A stretch of DNA of 64,000 nucleotides from Fibrobacteria bacterium (GTDB lineage Bacteria; Fibrobacterota; Chitinivibrionia; Chitinivibrionales; FEN-1185): NCBI GenBank assembly GCA_037447435.1, contig JBBIGR010000001.1, positions 64,001 through 128,000 of the forward strand. Direction: 5' to 3'. Under the pieces are notes generated by a model. That model had not been told where the DNA came from. It searched no databases and saw nothing but the letters and a program-made list of their open reading frames with translations. Of the stretch, positions 48,078 through 57,600 are shown piece by piece. A program made the position numbers and the translations under genes. Every line of letters starts with the position of its first letter. Positions within the stretch are counted from its first letter, which is position 1.

Positions 48078-49235
48078 TTATATAATAAAAGAAAAACCGT
48101 TTGACCAGACAACCATTAGAAAGCCTTGCAACAAGCATGATCCCATTAGAATTGCCGTGTCCGCAAGCGACCCCTGTTTAAATTCCGCGCACGCTATGAA
48201 TAGCGGGAATATAGCAGCCATATACCTCATGATTCCGGGAATCACCATGGATCCTGCCGTAAGGGGCAAAATCAGAAACGAGAGTCCGAGAATGCCGTAG
48301 ACCAAGCCGACACGTTTCCATTGGACCAAAAGAAGAATGCAGCCGGTAAATGCGGCAAGGCCGTTGCCAAGCACTATGTAATTCCTCGACAAAAGGCAAT
48401 GCGCAAGAAGCGACAGCGGATTGCTCCATGCGCTTCCCCATCCCGCTTGCTTGATATGAGAATAATACGACCAGTCACCGGTTACCATATAGGAGAAAAG
48501 TGCGAACACTCCGTATCCTATCGGAATACCGGCGCAACACAGTATGGACATTTTTATTTTTTTACTATCGTACTGTTTGCATGCAAAATACGCCAGGCAT
48601 ACCGCAGGAACTGCAAATACCGCCGTCGGTCTGGATAAACCCAGACATATGCCGCAAATGAATGAGAATAAAAAGAATTCCTTTTTTATGCCGTAAAACA
48701 GGAGGATCGACAAAAGTAGAAACAGGGATTCGGCAAAGACTCCCGAGAGAATAAACGAAGTAGGGAATGCGAACAAAAACAAAACCGCACGACGTGCCGT
48801 TTTGGAATCGCGGTCGATTAATACTAATTTATAAAGAAACCAGGCGGCAAGCAGCGCGCAGAGGTTCGACACGATGATGCCGCATACCAGCAAATGCCCC
48901 CCGACGATTTTTCCAATTCCCCCTATAATCAATGGATATAACGGAAAAAACCCGAAATTGCTTTGATGCGGATCTATTGCCTTTGGAAGATCGGACAGAA
49001 CGGAAAGCGTGTACCCGTTTTTTGCAATATCAAGATACCAACCCGAATCCCAAATCGCCCATATCGACAGCCACGCATGCTTTGAATAATGCCAGGGAAA
49101 ATCCCTTCCTGCAAACCCCTCAAGCAAGCCTTGGGACACGACGCCGATGATAGTCAGAATTATCCGGCTTGTTAAAAAGCAGACTAGGATCAGCACGACA
49201 GGCGAAGATAGTATTGCTTTTTTTACAACTCTCAT
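48078..49235 (-). CDS. GT-C mannosyltransferase-like protein (PIG-V/GT76-like)
   Basis: WDSGWYLDIAKNGY, FFPLYP, AESLFL, LSRPT, RY; multi-TM; start moved to ATG 49235. Confidence 0.82.
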   Translation of the reverse strand: MRVVKKAILSSPVVLILVCFLTSRIILTIIGVVSQGLLEGFAGRDFPWHYSKHAWLSIWAIWDSGWYLDIAKNGYTLSVLSDLPKAIDPHQSNFGFFPLYPLIIGGIGKIVGGHLLVCGIIVSNLCALLAAWFLYKLVLIDRDSKTARRAVLFLFAFPTSFILSGVFAESLFLLLSILLFYGIKKEFFLFSFICGICLGLSRPTAVFAVPAVCLAYFACKQYDSKKIKMSILCCAGIPIGYGVFALFSYMVTGDWSYYSHIKQAGWGSAWSNPLSLLAHCLLSRNYIVLGNGLAAFTGCILLLVQWKRVGLVYGILGLSFLILPLTAGSMVIPGIMRYMAAIFPLFIACAEFKQGSLADTAILMGSCLLQGFLMVVWSNGFSFII

Positions 49236-49248
49236 TGGACGACATCCG

Positions 49249-50490
49249 CTACTTGACAAGAAGTAGTAAGGAATAGGGGAATAAAGCGCAAATACTTGCC
49301 GCAATCGGAGCCGCATATTCCATTGCATACTTTTTGAATATCGCCGCTAATGGAACACAAAAAAATACAGAAATTCCCGCTAAAGCCGGTAATAGAAACC
49401 GCCCATCGGAATTTGTCCAGTAAAGATTATACTTTAAATAGGCAATAACCGTCGACAAAAGCACGGTCCCCAGTATTATTTCGGCCCGATGAATTTTTTT
49501 TCCCTGAATATAATAGTACAGGAACAAGATTATTCCTGCAAGGGTGTACAACGTTTCCAGATGGTAAATCGCGCCCGTAAAATGCGATGGATGAACATGC
49601 TGCATAGGAAACCAAAAAGAATACAAACCCGTATTCAAAAACACGAAAAAAAGTTTCGGCTGCAAGAGGAAAAATTGATGGGAACCATTGCCGATTTCTT
49701 CCGCAAAAAGCGACCCATACAAATGGACATTTCGTATATACCAAAATCCTGCGATGCAAAAACTGATGCCGGCTAAAATTGCAAAAGCCGGTAGCCAGGT
49801 GCGGTTCCTTGTTTCGTGATATCGAATCCAAAAAAATAAAACGACCGCCGGCGCAAAGACCACGATGGAAGCCTTGACAAGCATGCCGATGCCCAGAAGT
49901 ATGCCCAGGACCACACTCATTGGTATAGGTTGCCATGGTTTTGACGCGGCTGAAAATTGCTTTACAAGAACAAGTATGCACAATGCAGAGAAAAGCCAGC
50001 ACAACGAGTCGTTGGACACAACCGAAGAGAAATACGCATGCGTGGGAAGCAACGCGGTAAAACAGGTGGCGGCTTGTCGAGCTGCCCCGACAACCGAAAG
50101 CGCAGTACAAATTTTATAGACGATTGCAATCGTGAGAACGCCGAAAACAAAAGACAATAACCGGCACGCTAAAATCCTGCTCTCTTTTCCAACGACGACA
50201 CTCAACGCGGCACCGGCGACGTAGTATAACGGCGCTTGATAATATTCGAATTCATTGCGAAAGAAGGAATCCGCTTCGCGCGCACTATGGTGTTGAATTG
50301 GAAAATGTTTTTGGCTTGCGAGAAAATCGACATACTTAAGATGGGCGGGTTCGTCGTTCAGCCCTTCGAGGCGGTGCGAAACGGTTTGTCCGACGGGCAG
50401 CATGACGACAAACCACAGTCTGATTCCGATGGCAATTGCGATAAGGGAACAAAACAAAATACGCTGTCTCATTGCAGTCCTTATTTCCAC
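49249..50490 (-). CDS. GT-C glycosyltransferase (ArnT/PMT_2/DUF2142-like)
   Basis: NDEPAH after first TM, YQAPLYY, VSND, K-A-S, GRFLLP; multi-TM. Confidence 0.78.
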   Translation of the reverse strand: MEIRTAMRQRILFCSLIAIAIGIRLWFVVMLPVGQTVSHRLEGLNDEPAHLKYVDFLASQKHFPIQHHSAREADSFFRNEFEYYQAPLYYVAGAALSVVVGKESRILACRLLSFVFGVLTIAIVYKICTALSVVGAARQAATCFTALLPTHAYFSSVVSNDSLCWLFSALCILVLVKQFSAASKPWQPIPMSVVLGILLGIGMLVKASIVVFAPAVVLFFWIRYHETRNRTWLPAFAILAGISFCIAGFWYIRNVHLYGSLFAEEIGNGSHQFFLLQPKLFFVFLNTGLYSFWFPMQHVHPSHFTGAIYHLETLYTLAGIILFLYYYIQGKKIHRAEIILGTVLLSTVIAYLKYNLYWTNSDGRFLLPALAGISVFFCVPLAAIFKKYAMEYAAPIAASICALFPYSLLLLVK

Positions 50491-50504
50491 AACGGTTTTA
50501 AGAC

Positions 50505-52763
50505 CTACCAGGGTACATTAATAACGGGCCGGACAATTTGGGAGCCATTTCCCAATCGGATTCGTAGAAAAAAGCTTCCGGTTTTTACATTCATCGGCAA
50601 CGTCGTGCTTCTGTTGTTTGTAATCATGCCGGCCCATAATTGCTTTCCGGCAATGTCGTATATGCCGGCCGTTGCTTGAGTTTGCACGCCGTTTCTTTGC
50701 TTCCAACAAACCTTTAGCCTGTTCTTTTTCAAAACGATTGCAATATCCGGCAGGAGGTCTGGATTTAAGAGGCGTGGATTCGAAGCTTTGGTCACCACGC
50801 CGAGAGAAGCGAGCGCCCCTTCGGCATTGACCTTTCCCGCTCCCCACCGAATATCAAGATTTGTAAACCGATCTTTTATAGCGCTTTTCTGAAGTGCCTG
50901 AAGAACCGTGGCTGGCGTCAACTTCGAGTCGTATTCCAACATACCCGCAATAATACCGGCGACAATGGGAGAAGAAATCGAGGTTCCGCCGAGAAACGCG
51001 TAGCGGCCGATCATGCTCGGCGGATTGGGCCAGACTGCGGTGCGACCGCCTTTGTCGACGATAAATCGCGTCATTGCACCGGTGACTTCGCGACCGGGCG
51101 CAGATATGTCGGGTTTTATTCGCCCGTCGGCAGTCGGCCCGAGGCTGGTATACGAAAGATAATCATATAATGTCGTATCTCCCGCACCGAATACGGTGCC
51201 GTCGTAACGCAGCGGCGAAACTTTGCTGTTATACCCGCCCACGGAAATAATGCTTTTCGCGGTTCCGCCGACTTCGTTAATCGTCATTAAGGAATCTCCG
51301 TCGATAAACCCCGCGATTCCCAAACTGTTGCAATTCAATTTCTCGGCATTCCAGCCGTTGATTGTCGTTGCCAGAGCGGAATACACTTTGACACCCAGAA
51401 CAAGCGACGCATTGCTTGAATACAGGGCGAGTTCCATATGCGGCTTCCGGTTTGCGGCATTGCTTTTTTCGACAATCGCCTGAAATATCAACGTATCGGG
51501 GCCGGATACGGAATCGGGCCACCGTAACGTGTCGATGAGATATTGATAGACCCTATCGGCAGTCGAAAGCGCATTCCCGCTTTTTTTGTAGGACATATTT
51601 CTCTTGTCAATGATATATACGGTATCGCTGAACGGTTTCCCGCTTTCCCCCCAGATGTCGATAACGCTGAAACCGGTTGTTTGCGTTGCGGAAACTTGGG
51701 ATTGCCCAGCCTCGACCCATGTGCCTTTCGATTCTTTTGCATTAAGGGAAAATCCCACATGCTCCTTCAAACTGCCGTCGTTGCCTGCGGCGCCGACAAT
51801 GATATGGCCTGTTCCCGCCAGCGAATCGATCGTTTTGTCCATAAGCGAAGTACCGTCATGAGGGCCGGAAGCGAGCCCGATGCTCATATTGACAACGCAG
51901 GGTTTTTTCAAGGAATCGGCAATGGAAAAGACCCATGAAAGCCCGTTCATGAAATCGGCAGAAGAATTCCCGTATTTTACCGCAACGATTTGCGAATTTG
52001 ATGCTGCGCCGGCATATTGCGGAAAATTTTTATCGTATCCTGCCCCGCAACTTGCCATATGCGTACCATGATATTCGTTGCTGTCGGACCCGAAAAGCGT
52101 GTCTTTGTCAACATCAATTCCTTTTTTTATTCTTCCATAACCGAATCTGTTAGGTTGAGCATTGGATTTATCGGTTTGGTCCCAAAGAGCAATGAATCGG
52201 GTATGGCCGAGGCTATCGAGAAAAGCAGGCTGATGGGTATCGAATTCATTATCCAGGATGCCGAATATAACGCCTTTTCCCGAAAAGTTCCTCGTAAGCG
52301 ACGACGGAACCGAACCCTGCATTTCGTTGATATGGGTTTCGCGGCGTGCCGAATCCATACACGGATGAAAATCTTTGCCGTATTCCACAGAAAGAAGTCC
52401 CGGTATTGCCCGCAAAAACGGCACACTGGACATTTCTCCTTCCAAAATGACTATACTTTTAATACTGTTTACTATTCGCCAACCTGTTCCTTGTAAAGAG
52501 GTTGTGGAAAACTCGGAATCGACCAGTGCTGCGACACGTACAAGATTTTTTACCTGAGAGGGCATATGCGCCGCTTTTTGCAAGTTTTCCAAAGACACGG
52601 CAACCGGTTTTTTTCCGAGCATAAAATTGCCATTGAATTTTCCCAGTTCTTTCGCGCTTACCGGTGAAATTCTTAGGCAGCATATAATTACTAAGAATAT
52701 TGCGGCTCGAGATATTAAAAAATTACGTCTAAAGACGGTATGGCTTGTTGCATTAAAACTCAT
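50505..52763 (-). CDS. Secreted S8 subtilase with probable T9SS-type C-terminal domain
   Basis: GILDNEFD, HGTHMAS, AAGNDG, KPDISAPG, GTSISSP; C-terminal IYDIAGKQL...GSFFLRI. Confidence 0.88.
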   Translation of the reverse strand: MSFNATSHTVFRRNFLISRAAIFLVIICCLRISPVSAKELGKFNGNFMLGKKPVAVSLENLQKAAHMPSQVKNLVRVAALVDSEFSTTSLQGTGWRIVNSIKSIVILEGEMSSVPFLRAIPGLLSVEYGKDFHPCMDSARRETHINEMQGSVPSSLTRNFSGKGVIFGILDNEFDTHQPAFLDSLGHTRFIALWDQTDKSNAQPNRFGYGRIKKGIDVDKDTLFGSDSNEYHGTHMASCGAGYDKNFPQYAGAASNSQIVAVKYGNSSADFMNGLSWVFSIADSLKKPCVVNMSIGLASGPHDGTSLMDKTIDSLAGTGHIIVGAAGNDGSLKEHVGFSLNAKESKGTWVEAGQSQVSATQTTGFSVIDIWGESGKPFSDTVYIIDKRNMSYKKSGNALSTADRVYQYLIDTLRWPDSVSGPDTLIFQAIVEKSNAANRKPHMELALYSSNASLVLGVKVYSALATTINGWNAEKLNCNSLGIAGFIDGDSLMTINEVGGTAKSIISVGGYNSKVSPLRYDGTVFGAGDTTLYDYLSYTSLGPTADGRIKPDISAPGREVTGAMTRFIVDKGGRTAVWPNPPSMIGRYAFLGGTSISSPIVAGIIAGMLEYDSKLTPATVLQALQKSAIKDRFTNLDIRWGAGKVNAEGALASLGVVTKASNPRLLNPDLLPDIAIVLKKNRLKVCWKQRNGVQTQATAGIYDIAGKQLWAGMITNNRSTTLPMNVKTGSFFLRIRLGNGSQIVRPVINVPW

Positions 52764-52839
52764 GCATCCTCCTCAGGGTTGCCTTTATTACTATAATTAT
52801 ACTCCATGATTTGAATCAAAAAGTATCTTTCTTCAAATC

Positions 52840-54600
52840 ATGAATTTTTCAAACCCCAAGACCGTCATCCTCCACGACAATCAAAGCAAAAAATGGCTTT
52901 GTTTCAACTCGCCTCGGCAAATCATTCAAACTTCGGTAATTTCGGAAGTCGTCCCTTTCTTAAAAAAAATTGAGGGAATTGTAAATTCGCAAAACCAATA
53001 TGCCGCAGGCTTTGTAAGTTATGACGCCTCGCCTGCATTTGATAATGCATTATCCGTTCATACTAACAATGAAGATTTTCCCCTTTTATTGTGGTTTGGG
53101 ATTTTCGACAAACCCAAGCTCATGAATTTTTCGCATGAAAAATTAATTACACCAAACAGTATTGAAAATTGGCGTCGTGATTTTGAATTTGACAGCTATA
53201 AAAAGAAAATTGCATCAATTAAAAAAAGTATAGCCGCAGGTACGACTTATCAGGTCAATTATACCTTCCGTTTAAAAACCAGAATGAAAACAGATCCCTG
53301 GAGTTTTTTCAAAAATCTTGTGCATAGTCAAAGTCCATCGTATTCTGCATTTTTAAATATAGGCAGTCATTCGATTTGTTGTGCGTCTCCGGAACTGTTT
53401 TTCGCCTTGAATAAAAATAGACTGCGTTGCAAGCCCATGAAGGGTACGGCAGACCGCGGCCTTTTTTGGGATTCCGATTGCAATCAAAAACTATGGCTTC
53501 AAAATTCGGAAAAAAACAAAGCAGAAAATGTCATGATCGTCGACATGATTCGCAACGATATGGGGAAAATCGCGATCAATGCCTCGGTACAAGTTAAAAA
53601 TTTATTTGCTTGTGAAAAATTCCCGACGCTTTGGCAAATGACCTCGACCGTGGAATGCGATACGCGCTCTTCTATTTTGGATATTTTTTCCGCGCTGTTT
53701 CCTTGCGCTTCCATAACCGGCGCACCGAAAGTATCTACCGTGCGAATTATAAAAGACCTTGAATCGGAACACCGGGGTTTATATACGGGCAGTATCGGGT
53801 TTATTGCACCAAACCGAAAAGCACAGTTCAATGTTGCCATTCGAACCGCTGTTGTCGATAACTTACAAAAGACCGCATTGTACGGCGTCGGCGGCGGCAT
53901 TGTTTGGCAATCGAAAGCAAAAGAAGAATTCGAAGAATGTCGAATCAAGACAAACATACTGGCTAGCCCGCCTGCTGATTTTTCTCTTTTAGAAACAATG
54001 TTGTTTACTAAAAACCGCGGGATATATTTGCTCCCTTTGCATTGCAAACGGCTTGCCGGATCTGCAGCCTATTTTGATTTTTCCTGCAATATACGGGATA
54101 TAGCCAGGCAATTGCGTTTGTATTGTTCGAAACTGGGGCAAAACACGTATCGCATAAGACTGGTTCTTGACAAACAGGGTTCGGTCCGCATTGAAAGTTC
54201 CGTACTGAAACCGTTCGACACATCGATACCGTTCGTACTTTCACCCGCAACAACGCCGACACATTCCGCCAACCGTTTTTTATATCATAAGACGACAATG
54301 CGCGAATCGTACCATTCGGCATGGAAACAAAGGAAGAATTGCGATGACGTCGTTTTTTACAATGAAAAAATGCAAGTCACGGAAACAAGCATTGCAAACA
54401 TAGTGGTCAAAAAGCACGGAGAATATATCACGCCGGCACTCTCCTGCGGCCTATTGCCGGGGACCATGCGCCAGTATTTGTTGTCACGCAAGAAAATCAA
54501 GGAAGGGTCGCTTACCCTCAATGACCTAAAAAAGTCAAAAAAATTATTTATTATCAATTCGGTCCGGAAATGGCATCCCGCTACTATCGCGGAGGATTGA
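52840..54600 (+). CDS. pabB: Aminodeoxychorismate synthase component I fused to class IV aminotransferase (PabC-like) domain
   Basis: YQVNYT, SPELFF, KPMKGT, ENVMIVDMIRND, FPCASITGAPK; then LLETM, HKTT, GLLPGTMR, INSVR. Confidence 0.92.
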   Translation: MNFSNPKTVILHDNQSKKWLCFNSPRQIIQTSVISEVVPFLKKIEGIVNSQNQYAAGFVSYDASPAFDNALSVHTNNEDFPLLLWFGIFDKPKLMNFSHEKLITPNSIENWRRDFEFDSYKKKIASIKKSIAAGTTYQVNYTFRLKTRMKTDPWSFFKNLVHSQSPSYSAFLNIGSHSICCASPELFFALNKNRLRCKPMKGTADRGLFWDSDCNQKLWLQNSEKNKAENVMIVDMIRNDMGKIAINASVQVKNLFACEKFPTLWQMTSTVECDTRSSILDIFSALFPCASITGAPKVSTVRIIKDLESEHRGLYTGSIGFIAPNRKAQFNVAIRTAVVDNLQKTALYGVGGGIVWQSKAKEEFEECRIKTNILASPPADFSLLETMLFTKNRGIYLLPLHCKRLAGSAAYFDFSCNIRDIARQLRLYCSKLGQNTYRIRLVLDKQGSVRIESSVLKPFDTSIPFVLSPATTPTHSANRFLYHKTTMRESYHSAWKQRKNCDDVVFYNEKMQVTETSIANIVVKKHGEYITPALSCGLLPGTMRQYLLSRKKIKEGSLTLNDLKKSKKLFIINSVRKWHPATIAED

Positions 54601-57600
54601 TCGCCAGTTTTTCTATTTTGCTTTTTACCATTTTTTGGTCGTTGGCTGCAACGATTTGATACAAATAAACTCCCGGCGACAAGGAGTTGCCGAACGAGTC
54701 TTTTGCATCGAATTCCTGGCCCCTGTACGCATTGTCGAATACCCGTATCAATCGGCCCGAAAGCGTATAAATCCTGATCATGACCCGTATTGCGGTATTT
54801 CCGGTTTGGGCTGCCGTTTGCGATAAATCAAAATAAAACTTTGAAGTTTCACCCAATCGCATCGGGTTGGGATAATTGAATACATGATAAAGCGTCAATT
54901 CCTTGTCATCGGTTATTTCAAGACCTATTGTCTTATGCGACACATTACCGAGCATGTCTTGTGCGCTCACGGCAATTTTATAGGTTCCCGCCGGCCAGGC
55001 CGGACTTGCCTCAAAAGCAATCGTTGCGCTTCCGCGACGGTAATCACCCTGTAAAAACTGGAATTTCTGATTGATATTGGTACGTGCCTGATTTTTTGGC
55101 CCTGTTATTTCGTAGGTGATTCCTTCATCGGGACCGGTTGATACCGCGTCGATGCCGTTTGAGTCGGATATCGAGATTTCCATGGAAAAGGGACATGACG
55201 CCGAGATATTATCGGTAAACGAAGCACCCTTGGCTGCGACGCCCGGTGCCGATGTTGCCGACACTCCGGTATATATCGGCCGTGCCGCTATGACAGGGCC
55301 GCTGGTGTCGCTCACCGCTAATGTGTCGAACCCGTGAAAAACAAGATTGTTCTTCGTCCCAACCGCAATGTCGAGACCATGCCAGGCAAAGGCCGTCAGT
55401 TTGGCCCCTAACTTGTCGAAAGCAATATTCTTGGGCACCAGAATACGTTGGGTAAAAACTCCGTTCGTGACTTCAGTTTGACCGATGAATATCGGTGAAC
55501 CGGCTTTTTTATACGTAAAATCGACATTCGCGGTTCCGCCGTCTTTTCGTGATGCAAGATACGGCGGATTAAACATGCTGATTTGGACATTCGCCTTCAG
55601 GCTTTGGCTTGAGGAAAATGCCGGGTCAACGTTCGTTTCTCCTTTTTTAACCACGATGCCCTTGACAAGTATATGTTGCAGAGCTTTTACCGTATCGAGA
55701 TTCGCCCCGTTATCGGCAGTCAGAGTAAGCTTTATTTCATGGTCTCCTTGGCTGTACGCCAATGAAGGATCGCCCAGATACGAATACATTTTCTGGCTAT
55801 TATTGCTCAAGCAGGCGAATTTAGCCGCGGTAAGGGCGGCCCCATATGATTTTACTCCTCCGTTGTTGGATGGATTAAATATGGTCTGATAAAAATTCAA
55901 TGCAAGGTCTTTGTTGTCGGACGCATAAACGGAGCGCGTGGCGGAAATCGTGGCAACGGCACCGCTTTTCAAAGCGAGGATAAGATACTCGGAAAGGCTG
56001 CGGGTGGAACCCGGTTTATCGAACCTGCCTACCGAACAGGAAAACGAATTAACAATCGGATACATTCCGTTATTGGTCATATTGGCGATATTGTCGTACA
56101 TAAGCACGTGTTCGTCTGCCCAGACGTTATCGGCACCGTGACCGAAATAGTTCATAATGGCCACGCCGTTATTGACATTAGACACTATAGACTGTGCTGC
56201 CTCGGGCTTTTCCAGATTTGCATTCCAGGGGTAATCGAACAAATAGGTTTTCCTGATATCGATCCAGGGAGCAAGAGAATCGGTTATGGAATCGACATTT
56301 TCGGACGCCCACATATGTTCCAATTGCAAGGGATCGTGGTTGAGTCCCTGCATGTCGTCGTCGGCAACGAGCAGTATTCTGTTTCGCCATCCATTGACAA
56401 CCGCATACGACGGATCTTCGGTTTGAATGACCTTGTCGACCATTTGCGTCGCTTCGGTCACCGATTTGCAAGGAAAGCGACCTAAAAACACATCCGACGT
56501 CGCCGTCGGCGAAGAAGCATCTTCTCCTGATTGCAAATAGGTGAAGAAATCCTCGATACAGGAATTTCCGATTTCCGCAACCGGAATGTACACGGGATCT
56601 TCTGCAGATTCTATACCGCGGCAATCGTAATGCCCGCTGCCGAAAAAGGCGACATAAGCAAACGAGGAATCGTGGAGTTGGTCTCGCTGATAGGTATAAA
56701 TGTAGGCCAGGCAATTCCGTATGGCACTCGGATCGACCTTGCCTCCTGAGAATTGATTATACAGATCGGTTGTTGACAACACCATCGGGTTTTTGAATGT
56801 TCCGATGTTCTTTTTATGGGTTGCAAGCTTGCGCGCCGGCGTTAAAAAATCGGGATGCGATATGATGAGGTAATCGATCGGCGTGCCGTAGGTTCTTACA
56901 TTATTAATAACGAAACTGTTCGTTACGGGCGATGCCGCCTGTTGAAGGGTCGGCGCGGTGTCGATTCCCGTTTCGGTACATGCATAATATCTGATGCCCG
57001 CATTCGACGTATCGGTCCATTCGTAATTGGCAACATTGCGCACTGTATCGATGAGGGTAATCGAACTGTCCCAATTTGTAATGCGGAAAAGGTACACGAG
57101 ATCGTTGCCGATACCCGAAAGCCGATACCGAGTAAGTCCAGGCGATTCGGCCGAAAAAACCGTCAGTGTTTTCTTGCCCGTCATATCGATTTTTTTGGAA
57201 TAGGCGAATTCGATTCCCATAAGCTCCATGCTGTCGGAACTTTGCCCGCTGGTTTTTATCGTGAACGGTTTGCCGTCGCCGGGATACGGCGTATTTATCC
57301 ATTGATTCCATCCGCATTCGCCGCACACGGTTTGATTTCCGTAGCTAATTGCCGTAGAAATGGAACCCAGGGAATAACCCGGCCATAAAAACAGGCTGCA
57401 CGGTGCCGTCGCATCTATATCCGGAAGCGTCACATCCGGTACCGTGAAGGAAGGATTATACATGGTCAATATAGTCCAGGCAAAGTCCATGCCGCCTTCG
57501 GCTCCGCCGCTATGTGATTTGAAAGACGATCGTTTGAGCAGGTAATGTCCCCTGCCCGACGTCGCAACGTCCGCGGCAACAACGGGACTGGGTTTGCTCG

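Noticed and set aside
52840..54600. PabB-PabC fusion as a novelty
   Set aside because: This fusion is common in bacteria.
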